In this document: positions 19,700 through 38,205 of the stretch, one piece after another
How the letters are laid out: the number at the start of each line of letters is the position of its first letter
Position numbering within the stretch: position 1 is the first letter of the stretch
DNA from: an uncultured Actinomycetes bacterium
GTDB taxonomy: Bacteria > Actinomycetota > Thermoleophilia > Gaiellales > Gaiellaceae
Length of the DNA stretch: 64,000 nt
Reading direction: 5' to 3'
Assembly: GCA_963837265.1 (NCBI GenBank)
Contig: CAWIMQ010000003.1
Span: forward strand, 14,694 to 78,693
Notes under the pieces: model-generated
What the model was told of the DNA's origin: nothing
What the model saw: the letters and a program-made list of their open reading frames with translations, nothing else
Database searches by the model: none
Program-made: the position numbers and the translations under genes

Positions 19700-21123
19700 A
19701 TGTTCGGGTCCGCAGCCACCGGGCGGCGCTGGCCCGATACCAAGCCGGACGGCGCGAGAGCGATCCTCCTCGCCTACTACTTCCCTCCGATCGGAGGCGC
19801 GGGCGCCCAGCGCACGGTGAAGTTCGCTCGCTACATGCCCGAGGCAGGCGTCTCCGTCGACGTGATCACGGGATCGGGCATGACGAGAGACCGGTGGAGC
19901 CCGCTCGACGAGAGCCTGAGCGCCGAGCTCCCGGCGAGACCAATGTGATACGCGTCGGCGGGCCGGAGCCCGTGGCCGGGAGTCGCTGGCGGCGGCGTGC
20001 TGAGCGATGGCTGGGAGTCGACGGGCCCTGGTCGCGGTGGTGGGTCGGCGGAGCGCTCGCCAGCGGCCTCGAGCTCGGCGGGGAGGTCGACCTGATCATC
20101 GCGTCGATGTCGCCGTATATTTCCGCGGAGGCGGCTTCGCGGCTGAGCCGGGAGCTGGGCAAGCCCTGGATCGCCGGCCTGCGCGATCCGTGGGCGCTGG
20201 ACGAGATGATGATCTACCCGACCAGGCTCCACCGCCGCTGGGAGTTGCGCCGGATGCGCCGGCTGCTCGGCACCGCCGCCGCGATCGTGACCACCACCTC
20301 CGAGGCCGCCCGCAAGCTGCGACAGGAGTTCCCCGAGCTCGCAGACCGGCCGATCGTCTCCATCCCCAACGGGTTCGACCCGGGCGACTTCGCCGGGCCG
20401 GAGCCGAAACGAGACGACCGCGCCTTCCGGATCGTCCACACCGGCTACCTGCACACCGAGCTCGGCCGGCAGCAGCAACACGCCTCCCTCCCCCGCCGCC
20501 TGCTCGGCGGCGGCACCGCCGGCGTCGACATCCTCACCCGCTCCCACCTCTTCCTGCTCCAGGCGGTCGAGCGGCTGATCGCCGACAACCCCAGCCTCGC
20601 CTCCACGATCGAGATCCACCTCGCCGGCGTCCTCTCCCCCACCGACCGCGAGGCCGCAGCACGCTCCCCGGTCGTCCGCACCCCCGGCTACCTCACCCAC
20701 GCCGAGACGGTCACGCTGATGCGCTCCGCCGACCTGCTCTTCCTGCCGATGCAGAACCTGCCCCCCGGCATCCGCTCCGGCACCGTCCCCGGCAAGACCT
20801 ACGAATACCTCGCCTCCGGACGCCCGATCCTCGCCGCCGTCCCCGAAGGCGACGCCCGCGACCTCCTCCTCCAGGCCGGCACCGCCCACATCTGCCAACC
20901 CGACGACACCGACGCGATCGCCGCCGCGATCGAGGACGAGATCGAGCGGTGGCGCTCGGGGCGGCCCGTCCCCGAGGTGCCGCGGGCGCTCCTCGCGCCG
21001 TTCGAGCGCCGCAGCCTGGCGGCCGACTACGCGGTCCTGCTGCGGTCGATCGCAGGCGCCGCGTCCGGCGGCACGACCGCCGGACGCGCACTGTCCGCAG
21101 CCCTGGCGGCCGCCGCCCTCTAG
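19700..21123 (+). pseudogene. GT-B fold (family 4-like) glycosyltransferase, paralogue 2; single 1-nt frame change near 19937
   Basis: ..ILLAYYFPPIGGAGAQRTVKFARYMPEAG... At GAGCTCCCGGCGAGACC a single missing base (paralogue 1 reads CCGGCGGGC) shifts into ..GETNVIRVGGPEP... The remainder is uninterrupted up to TAG at 21121-21123. Confidence 0.65.
20130..20926 (+). repeat. Direct repeat copy B (core of glycosyltransferase paralogue 2)
   Basis: See copy A. The differences are GACCTGGGC/GGCCTGCGC, GAGCTG/GAGTTG and CCCTGC/CCCAAC. Confidence 0.9.
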
Positions 21124-21788
21124 GCGACTGCCGTCGAGCGAAGCCCCTGCGACGGCAGGAGGCCGTGCAGCTGCGCCCAGCGGCTGGCCTCCGTCCGGTT
21201 CGCGACGTTCAGCTTCCGGTACGTGTTCGAGAGGTGGAACTTCACGGTCTGCTCGGTCACCCACAGCATGCGGGCGAGCTCCGCGTTCGAGTATCCCTCG
21301 GCCACGAGCCTGAGGATCTCGAGCTCCCGCCGGGTCAGGTCGGCATGGTCGAACGCCTCGTCCTTGACGACCGGCTCCTCGCCTCTGCCCTTCGACCCGG
21401 GCAGGTAGATCGAGTGCTCGTACGCCTGCCGGACGGCGACCGCGAGGTCGTCCGGATGAGCCCGCTTCATCACGAACGCGACTGCTCCGGCGGCGAGCGC
21501 CGCGTCGATGTCGGCGGGAGCATCGGAGGTGGAGAGCACGATGAACTTGATCTCCGGGAAGCGTTCTCCGATCCCGGCGAGCCACGACAGCCCGTCGGTC
21601 GCTCCGTCCGACATGGACGTCTCGACGACGACGAGCTCGGGTCGCAGCTCCTCGACCAACGCGCTTGCCTCCGCAAGGCCCGTCGCCTTCCCGACGACGT
21701 CGACCGAGACCCCGGACAACACCTGCTCCACCGCGTTGAGCCACAACGGGTAGTGGTCAACGACGACAGCTCTTCTCTGAGCGTTCAC
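21120..21788 (-). CDS. NarL/FixJ-family response regulator (REC + LuxR HTH) with Glu at the phospho-acceptor position
   Basis: Uninterrupted ORF. The REC domain reads ..AVVVDHYPL.., ..PELVVVETSMSDG.. (E where the phospho-Asp is expected), ..IVLSTS.. and ..FVMKR... The HTH reads LTRRELEILRLVAEGYSNAELARMLWVTEQTVKFHLSNTYRKLNVANRTEA. Confidence 0.85.
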   Translation of the reverse strand: MNAQRRAVVVDHYPLWLNAVEQVLSGVSVDVVGKATGLAEASALVEELRPELVVVETSMSDGATDGLSWLAGIGERFPEIKFIVLSTSDAPADIDAALAAGAVAFVMKRAHPDDLAVAVRQAYEHSIYLPGSKGRGEEPVVKDEAFDHADLTRRELEILRLVAEGYSNAELARMLWVTEQTVKFHLSNTYRKLNVANRTEASRWAQLHGLLPSQGLRSTAVA

Positions 21789-21850
21789 GGCCTCCCCTTA
21801 CTCGTCGCTAAGAGCTCGTCGCTTTGACGATGCCCTCCCCAAGGGGTGTC

Positions 21851-21879
21851 ATTAAAGACCAAGACTGATCATGTGTAAA
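21851..21879 (-). promoter_or_regulatory. Sigma-70-like promoter candidate for the response-regulator gene (TTTACA-N17-TTTAAT)
   Basis: On the minus strand, -35 TTTACA lies at 21879-21874 and -10 TTTAAT at 21856-21851, separated by a 17-nt spacer. It sits in a conspicuously AT-richer intergenic region. Confidence 0.4.
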
Positions 21880-21885
21880 GGTGCG

Positions 21886-21897
21886 AGCATCGATGCT
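21886..21897. promoter_or_regulatory. Perfect 12-bp palindrome AGCATCGATGCT just upstream of the -35
   Basis: It lies 7 nt upstream of the candidate -35. It shares the AGCATCG string with the conserved NRPS upstream module. Confidence 0.35.
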
Positions 21898-21929
21898 TAC
21901 CGTCAGTTAACAGTCATTTCTCCGCGCGG

Positions 21930-22694
21930 TCACCTCGGCTCGGGGTCGGCGCCACGGGCACGGATCTCGATGCGCGGCGACACGGCGCGCACGGCGAGCG
22001 CGGCGACGGCGCCGGGACAGTAGTCGGACAGGTCCCGGAGCGACCACTCCGCCGCCTCGGCCGGAGCCCAGGCCGTTCGCAGCAGCCGCGGTTCCTCGCC
22101 CGGAGCGAGCGTCACCTCGAAGTCGTGGAGAGGAAGGCTGAGGCCCTCTCCTCGAGCCTTGATGAAGGCCTCCTTCCGCGTCCAGCACGTGAGGAAGCCG
22201 CGAACCTGCTGGGCAGGCGGAAGCCGGCGCAGGGCCGCCACCTCTCGGGGGGCGAAGAAGCGCTCCGGGATCCGATCGTCGGCCAGGCCGGGGCGCTCGA
22301 GCTCGACGTCCACGCCCACGTCCGCGCAGCGCGTGAGCGCGTACAGCACCATGTGGCCGGAGTGGGAGACGTTGAAGTGGAGGCCCCCGGATTCCTCCAG
22401 GCCGGGCTTCCCGTACGCGCTGTACCGGAAGCGCAGGCCGTCCGGCGGCCGCCGGAGGTACCGGCCGAGCAGCTCGCGCAGCTGCCCTCGGCCGGCGACG
22501 AAGCGGTCACGGTCCCGGGGAAAGTGAAACCGACCCGCGCGCTCGCGCTCGTCCGCGGAGAGGAGGCCGGTCAGGCGCGCCAGGCGCGACGAAGGCACGT
22601 CGAGGCTCGCGACCCAGACGTGCACCTCGTCCGCCTCGATTCGGGTCTCGATCCTCCCGACCGGAAAGCATCGCCTCGTGCAAGACCCGGACAC
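21930..22694 (-). CDS. Sfp-type 4'-phosphopantetheinyl transferase
   Basis: Uninterrupted ORF with ..GKPGL..LHFNVSHSGHMVLYAL.., ..VGVDVE.. and ..FLTCWTRKEAFIKARG... Confidence 0.85.
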   Translation of the reverse strand: MSGSCTRRCFPVGRIETRIEADEVHVWVASLDVPSSRLARLTGLLSADERERAGRFHFPRDRDRFVAGRGQLRELLGRYLRRPPDGLRFRYSAYGKPGLEESGGLHFNVSHSGHMVLYALTRCADVGVDVELERPGLADDRIPERFFAPREVAALRRLPPAQQVRGFLTCWTRKEAFIKARGEGLSLPLHDFEVTLAPGEEPRLLRTAWAPAEAAEWSLRDLSDYCPGAVAALAVRAVSPRIEIRARGADPEPR

Positions 22695-22762
22695 TAGTAC
22701 GCCGGCATCGCCTCGGCCGGAACCGCTAGCCTCCGCGGCAGTCTCGAGCCGGATCTCTCTCC

Positions 22763-23578
22763 TTGCCGAAGACGGTCTTCATCACCGGTGCGGCACGCGG
22801 CATCGGCCGTGCAACCGCGGTCGCCTTCGCCGAGACGGGCGCGAACGTGATGCTCGCCGACATCTGCGCGCAGATCGAGGAGTGTCCGTATCCGCTCGCG
22901 AGCCGTGAGGATCTCGAGGAGACTGCACGCCGGTGCCGCAGCACGGGTGCCGGGGTGGCGGTCGCCGTGGTGGACGTGCGCAGCCAGGACGAGATCGACG
23001 CCGCCGTCGGACGCTGCCGGGAGGAGCTGGGCCCGGTCGACGTGCTCGTCAGCAACGCCGGGCTCGTCGGGCCGGCCGGCGTGCCCGCCCACGAGCTGAG
23101 CGAGCGCGCGTGGTCGGTGCTGGTGGACGTCGACCTGCACGGCGTCTGGCGCTGCGCGAAGGCGGTGCTGCCGGAGATGGTCGGGCGCAGGAGCGGCGTG
23201 ATCGTCAACGTCAGCTCGACGGCAGGCCTCGTCGCCTTTCCGCACTTTGCGAACTACGTCGCGGCCAAGCACGGCGTCGTCGGCCTGACGAAGGCGCTCG
23301 CGCTCGACTACGCATCGCACGCGATCCGCGTGAACGCGGTCTGCCCGACCTCGGTCCGGGACGAGTCGCCCGACGCTCCGGGGATGCTCCAGGGCGTTGC
23401 GCGGATGCTCGGCGTCGGCCTCGCCGACTACGAGATGCTCTCGCTGCCGCACCACCCGCTCGGGACGCTCGTGTCGGCGCGCGACGTCGCCGCCACCATC
23501 CTCTGGCTCGCGTCCGACGCGGCGGCGCACGTCACCGGAGCGGTCGTGCCGGTCGACGCGGGCTTCACCGTCCGCTGA
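22763..23578 (+). CDS. SDR-family oxidoreductase (carveol-dehydrogenase / mycofactocin-coupled SDR-like subfamily)
   Basis: Uninterrupted ORF with TGAARGIGRA, the insertion DICAQIEECPYPLASREDLEET typical of that subfamily, ..NVSSTAG.. and YVAAKHG (YxxxK). TTG start at 22763. Confidence 0.8.
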   Translation: MPKTVFITGAARGIGRATAVAFAETGANVMLADICAQIEECPYPLASREDLEETARRCRSTGAGVAVAVVDVRSQDEIDAAVGRCREELGPVDVLVSNAGLVGPAGVPAHELSERAWSVLVDVDLHGVWRCAKAVLPEMVGRRSGVIVNVSSTAGLVAFPHFANYVAAKHGVVGLTKALALDYASHAIRVNAVCPTSVRDESPDAPGMLQGVARMLGVGLADYEMLSLPHHPLGTLVSARDVAATILWLASDAAAHVTGAVVPVDAGFTVR

Positions 23579-24439
<861 letters not shown>

Positions 24440-24467
24440 ACCGGGGCGGCGGCGCCACCTGACCAGT

Positions 24468-24537
24468 TGGCCAGGTGGGCTTTCCAAGGCTCGTCCAAGG
24501 TCGGGTAGGCGCCAAATCGGCTGCTCAATAGCATCAG
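24468..24537 (+). promoter_or_regulatory. Conserved upstream module, copy 2 (TGGCCAG-N20-CCAAGGTCGGGTAGGC-N17-ATAGCATCAGG)
   Basis: Same spacing as the other copies. It lies 91 nt upstream of the NRPS ATG at 24628. Confidence 0.55.
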
Positions 24538-24627
24538 GATCGTGAGAGATCGGCCGAAGCGTTCCGCCGGCTGGGCCGCCGCCTGCCTCGACGCAGGGCA
24601 CCGGGACCACGACGGGTCCTGCACGGC

Positions 24628-33197
<8,570 letters not shown>

Positions 33198-33215
<18 letters not shown>

Positions 33216-34157
33216 GCCCTCGCGCTCCCACCCGAAATCGGTGCCGACGAGCTCGTAGAGGCGCTCGTTGTGCGGCCGGAAGTACTCGGCGAAGCGGGCT
33301 CGCGCCTCGGCGGGCATCTCCTCGTAGTGGGCTGCGTTGAGGCGAGGAGCGCGTCCGAGGCGATGCGGGGGGAGGCCGAGGAACTCGTAGGCGACGTCGA
33401 GAGTTCGCTCGGGTTGGTCGAACAGGTCCTCCGCCTTCAGGAAGAGGAACTGCCCGCGGGGGAAGAGCTCGAGCCAGCGCTCCACCTGCTCTGCGTACCT
33501 GCTCCGGGCGAGGTACGACCAGCGACCGAACAGCCGGCTGTTGTAGCGCGGATCGGCCGACAGGCGGGCGATCTCGGGACGAAGGCGCTCTTCCTCCCGC
33601 GCGACTGCCTCCTCGAACGACTCCAGCTCCTCGAGACCCTCGCGCCGGGAGAACTGAAACTGGGAGTACGCCCGGTCGACCGGGTTCCGGAGCAGGACGA
33701 TCAGCCCCGCCCCGGGGAGCAGCTGCCGGACTCGCTGCGGTGCCCAGAGGTGGGAGATGTACGTGGGGCTGGCCTCGCCGGTCAGAAACGGCCGGCCGTG
33801 CTTGCGCGTGAACTCGGCGCGCTCGCGGTCGAGCGGGAAGTGCGACCGGTACCAATCCAGGCCGCGGTAGAACTCGTAGTCGAAGAAGCGGACCTCCTTC
33901 GTGTTTCCGAAGTGCGAATCCTCGGCCACGCAGGGGACGACGAAGGGATGGTCGGTCAGGCAATCGTAGAGGCTCGTCGTCCCGCTCTTGGCGGCTCCGA
34001 TGACGAGGAAATCTGGCAACAGGTGGCCTCTCCCCGGATTCCGACGGGCCAGCGTCCTGGCGTCGTAGTAGCGCTTGCGGGCGAAGAGGTAGGCGGGCCG
34101 GGGAAGCGACTTGCTCAGCCGCGAGTCGATGTGACCCTTCAGTCCCCAGGTCTTCAT
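33198..34157 (-). CDS. PAPS-dependent sulfotransferase family protein
   Basis: Uninterrupted 319-aa ORF. It carries a 5'-PSB-like loop FLVIGAAKSGTTSL and a 3'-PB-like VLLRNPVDRAYS. It converges on the NRPS with an 18-nt overlap, and is co-directional with the minus-strand NRPS remnant 49 nt upstream. Confidence 0.8.
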
Positions 34158-34206
34158 TCTCGCCCGGGTAGCCCTGCCGAACCCGGACGCTCGACGCCGG
34201 GGCTCG

Positions 34207-37200
34207 TCATACCGGCACCGGCGAATGATCGTGAACGTCCGCCAGGTGCTCCTGCAGGCGCTCGGCGATGAAGCCGACGTTCGGCTCGGCCATGGAGTCC
34301 CGGTTGCCGCGGTGGGGCCCCGGAACCTCGAGCGTCTCGATCTCCTCGGCGAGGCCGCCCCAGCCGAGCTCGGGATCGTCGTAGAGACCCGCGCCGTGGA
34401 AGAGGATGATCGGCCCGGGGTAGGGCTCCGGCTCGTATTCCACTTCCGCCCGGGCGTTCATCCGCAGGAAGTAGTCCTCCCGGAAGCGCTCGGGAATCGG
34501 CCTGCCCAGGCTGAAGGCCCGCTCGAGCCACCACTTGCCGACGCTGCGGTTCGCCGCGCCAGACCAGGTGCCGCGCCCAGCGCTTCATCTTGTCGGGGCT
34601 CGTCACGCACGCCCGCCACTCGGTGGGGCAGCGGCCGCGCCGCCGAGTGCGGTCGGCGCGCGGCGACCCGCGAGGGCTGCCCACCGATGCCGCGGAAGGT
34701 GCGGATCCATCCTGGGCTCGGCCCGTTGAACATGGTCAACGTCGCAATCTCCTCACCCTCCTTCAGACAAACGGTGTGCCATGTCGAAGGCGACGATGGC
34801 GCCGAAGCAGTATCCCGCGATGTGATAGGGGCCTTCGCGGCTGGATCTCCCTCAGCTCCGAGAGGTAGTGGGCGAGACATCTCCTCGACTGTCTTCAGCG
34901 GCGCGGCTCCGCCGTAGAGCCCACGTGCCTGCAACCCGTAGAACGGCTGGCCGGTCCCGAGACGGCGGGCGAGTGGCTGCAGGTGCAGGATCGTGCCCGC
35001 ACCGCCGTGCACGCAGAAGATCGGACGCTTCGAGCCCTGCGGCTGGATCGGAACGAGGGACGTCCACCGCCCGTTCGCCGACCCTTCCTCGGCACCCTCC
35101 TCGATCAGCCTGGCGAGCGCCTCGATCGTGGGCGCCTGGAACACGGGCGCGAGCGGCAAGCTCGCGCCCAGCTCCCGTTCGATCCTGGCGAACAGCCCCG
35201 CGGCCACGATCGACGTTGCTCCCAGATCGAAGAAGTCGTACGTGACCCCGATCGCGCGGATGCCGAGCTCGTCCTCCCAGATCGCGGCCAGCCTCGACTC
35301 GAGCGGCGTCCTCGGTGCCACGTACTCGCCTTCCGGTTCCGCCGCGAGCGGTTTCGGGGGCCGGCAGCGCCTTGCGGTCGATCTTGCCGTTCGGCGTGAC
35401 GGGGAAGCGCGTCGAGCGTGACGATCCGCGACGGGACCATGTACGCGGGCAGCGTCTCGCCGAGCGAGCGGCGAAGCTCGGCGCGAGGAGACCGGCGGCA
35501 TCCGACGGCGATCACGTAGGCGACGAGACGCGGCGTCGCCGGCCCGATCCTCACGCGATCGAGACCACCCCGGCCACCGCCGGATGTCGCGCGAGCAGCC
35601 GACTCGATCTCGCCGAGCTCGATGCGGAAGCCGCGCAGCTTGACCTGGTGGTCGAGGCGGCCGAGGAACTCGAGCGCTCGCCGTCGGCGCGGTAGCGGGC
35701 GAGGTCGCCGGTCTTGTACATGCGCGCGCCGGACGCCGGGTCGAACGGATCCGGACGAAGCGCTCCGCCGTCAGCTCGGGCCGGTTAGGTAGCCGCGCGC
35801 GAGCCCGTGGCCGCCGATGTAGCAGCTCGCCCGGCACGCCGATCGGGACCGGCTCGGCGTCCTCGTCGAGCGATGTACAGGGTCGTGTTCGCGATCGGCC
35901 GCCCGATCGGCGTCGGGCGCGTCGCCGCGCGTCGAGCGGCCGGACGGCCGACCAGATCGTCGTCTCGGTCGGGCCGTACATGTTCCAGAGCTCGACGCGC
36001 CGCGCTCGAGCAGCTGCGTCGGCGAGCACCGCGCGGCAGCGGCCTCGCCGCCGCAGAGGACCTTCAGGCCGCGGATGCCCGGCCAGCCGGCGTCGAGCAG
36101 CATCCGCCAGGTCGTCGGCGTCGCCTGCACCACGGTCGCGCCCGGCGGCTCGAACAGGGCGGCCAGCCGCCTCGGCGTCGGCCGCCGTCTCGCGCGGGGC
36201 GATGCACGAGCGCGCGCGCCGCGGCGAGCGGCAGGTAGAGCTCGAGGCCGGCGATGTCGAACGAGAGCGTCGTCACGGCCACGAGCGACGTCGTCGGCGC
36301 TCGAGGCCGGGGCGCTCGCGCGCATGTGCGTCAGGAAGTTGACGAGCGGCGCGGTGCGGGATCTGCGACGCCTTTCGGCGTGCCGGTCGACCCGGAGGTG
36401 TAGATGACGTAGGCGAGGTGTCGGGCCGTCGCCGCGCCGGCGGGAGCGTCGCGGCCGGCGGCGGCGATCCGCTAGGCCGTCGCGGTCGAGGCAGACGATC
36501 TCCGCTCCGTGCGCCGGAAGCCCGTCGAGAGGCGACTCCTGGGTCAGCGAGGACGCGGCACCTGGCGTCCTCGAGCATGAACCGCTGCCGGTCGGCCGGG
36601 AGCGCCGGGTCGATCGGCACGTACGCGCCGCCCGGCTGCAGCACGCCGAGGAGGCCGACCAGCATCTCGCAGCGTGCGCTCGGAGCAGATGCCGACCAGC
36701 GCCCGGGGCCGACGCCAAGGCGCCGCAGCGTGCCGGGCGAGCCGGTGCGCGCGCGCGACGAGCTCGCGCGTAGGTGAAGGCCGGTCGAGCTCGCACTCGA
36801 CCGCGACCGGCACGGGCGTCGCACGCCGCCTGCGCCGCGATCAGCTCGTGCACGCCCGGCGGCGGGGTAGCGGACGCGCGGTCGCATTCCAGCTCCGCAA
36901 GCAGCTTCGCCGCTCCGCCCCGGTCAGGAGCGGAAGCTCCCAGATCGGGCGTCGAGGCTCGGCGACGCCCCCTCGAGCAGCGTGCGGAGGTGTCCGAGCA
37001 TACGCCGACGCCGTGGCCGTCGAAGAGATCGGATCGAAGTCGATGGTCGCCGTCAGACCCCGCCACCGTCGCCTGGACGCGGAGGGCGACATCGAAGTGC
37101 TCGGGTGCGGCCGGGAACGCGGGGCGCGGGGCCTTCCCGCGACCAGGGAAGACGACCGCCTGTCGCGCCGCCCCGGTTCCGTCCCCCGGGCTGCGACGGC

Positions 37201-37600
37201 GAGGTGCCTGTACATGCGCTCGGCGAGCCCGGAGAAGCTCCGGACGCCCACGCCGAGGTTGACGCGAACCGGCAGTCTCGGAGCCGGCCGGGCGCCCGTC
37301 GGCACCGTCCGGAACGGCGGCGATGACGAGGTCGGCCTGTCGCGGTGTAGCGGCGCGAGCAAGGCGGCGAACGCGGCCAGGAGCATGCAGCCTCCGATCG
37401 GACCCCCGCGAGCCGGCGAGAGCGTCGATACCGGCGACGAGGTCGGAGCTCGAAGTGGTCTGAGACCGCCCGGCGGGCGGCGATACGAGTGTGCGGGCCG
37501 GCGGCCGCGGCCGATCGAACGGCAGGTCGAGCGCCGGAACGTCCTCGAGTTCTCCAGGAGGTCCGGGGCGCCGCATCTCCGGATCCGGCCGGCTGGCTCG
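34207..37600 (-). pseudogene. NRPS remnant: C-terminal half of a C domain, then A(Gly-like)-T-TE; at least ten frame changes
   Basis: Pieces found, in order: ..LDLPFDRPRPP.., ..MLLAAFAALLA.., ..FDVALRV.., TTLSFDIAGLELYLPL, VVQATPTTWRMLLDAGW, KVLCGGEA, WNMYGPTETTIWS. The code is DILQLGMIWK (Gly).
- T domain: FFDLGATSIVA.
- TE domain: RPIFCVHGGAG.., ..PYHIAGYCFGAIVAFDMAHRL.., ..PGPIILFHGAG...

The N-terminal half of the C domain, including HHxxxDG, is absent. Confidence 0.7.
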
Positions 37601-37856
37601 AGAAGGCTCGATCCGCCGATGCCGTCCGCCGACCGTGCGCCGGTCGTGGATGAACATCGCCGCTGCTTCGGTTCGGTTGGCGACGCCGAGCTTCCTGTAG
37701 ACCGAGCTGAGGTGGAACTTCACGGCGTGCACGGTGACGCCGAGTCGACTGTGCCACCTCCCCGTTCGTCAGCCCGAGCGAGATCAGCTCGAGCACCTCG
37801 GACTCACGGGGCGTCAGGCCCGCGATCGCCGGACCGGAGTCGACTCGACTCGCCAC
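37601..37856 (-). pseudogene. Small LuxR/GerE-type HTH regulator; one frame change and no stop before the NRPS remnant
   Basis: GTG 37856 gives VASRVDSGPAIAGLTPRESEVLELISLGLTNGEVA. A frame shift then leads to ..VHAVKFHLSSVYRKLGVANRTEAAAMFIHD... The recognition helix is nearly identical to that of the regulator at 603-911. The 3' limit is undefined. Confidence 0.65.
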
Positions 37857-37861
37857 AGAGG

Positions 37862-37930
37862 CATGCTAGAACTGCGTCCGCGGCCAGCCTACGGAACGTT
37901 GGGGCAGCCTTTGCGGATGCCGCCTAGCCC
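37862..37930 (-). promoter_or_regulatory. Conserved upstream module, copy 6 (minus strand: GGGCTAG-N21-CCAACGTTCCGTAGGC-N17-CTAGCATG)
   Basis: TAGCAT ends 6 nt before the GTG start at 37856, which is leaderless geometry. It is arranged back to back with copy 3 in the same divergent intergenic region. Confidence 0.55.
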
Positions 37931-38060
37931 CGGGTCTAGGGTGGCGGCCAACGCCTCGGGCGGACGTCCTTGCCCGCGGGCGGCGGCAGCCCGCGGCTCG
38001 CCGGTACGGCGCTCGGCCGGAACCGGCTCTGCGAGCCTCCTTCCAGATCCCCTGGCCAGT

Positions 38061-38130
38061 CGGCTAGGTGGGAATTCAAAGGCTGCTCCAATGTTGCGTA
38101 GGCCGCTGCGCGAACGGGCTCTAGCATCAA
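38061..38130 (+). promoter_or_regulatory. Conserved upstream module, copy 3 (CGGCTAG-N20-CCAATGTTGCGTAGGC-N17-CTAGCATCAA)
   Basis: This copy is closest to the consensus. An ATG (38133) lies 5 nt after TAGCAT. The homology-supported NRPS start is at 38206. Confidence 0.55.
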
Positions 38131-38205
38131 ACATGACCCGGTCCGGCGCCCGCACGGCGCCGGGGCCGGCGGAAGCGTCCGCTCGCCAAGAGGACTGCAA
38201 GGAAC

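Noticed and set aside
18724-20926. The 797-bp direct repeats as a mobile element or CRISPR-like array
   Set aside because: Only two copies are present. Both lie in frame inside paralogous glycosyltransferase genes. There are no terminal inverted repeats, transposase or short spacer-repeat periodicity.
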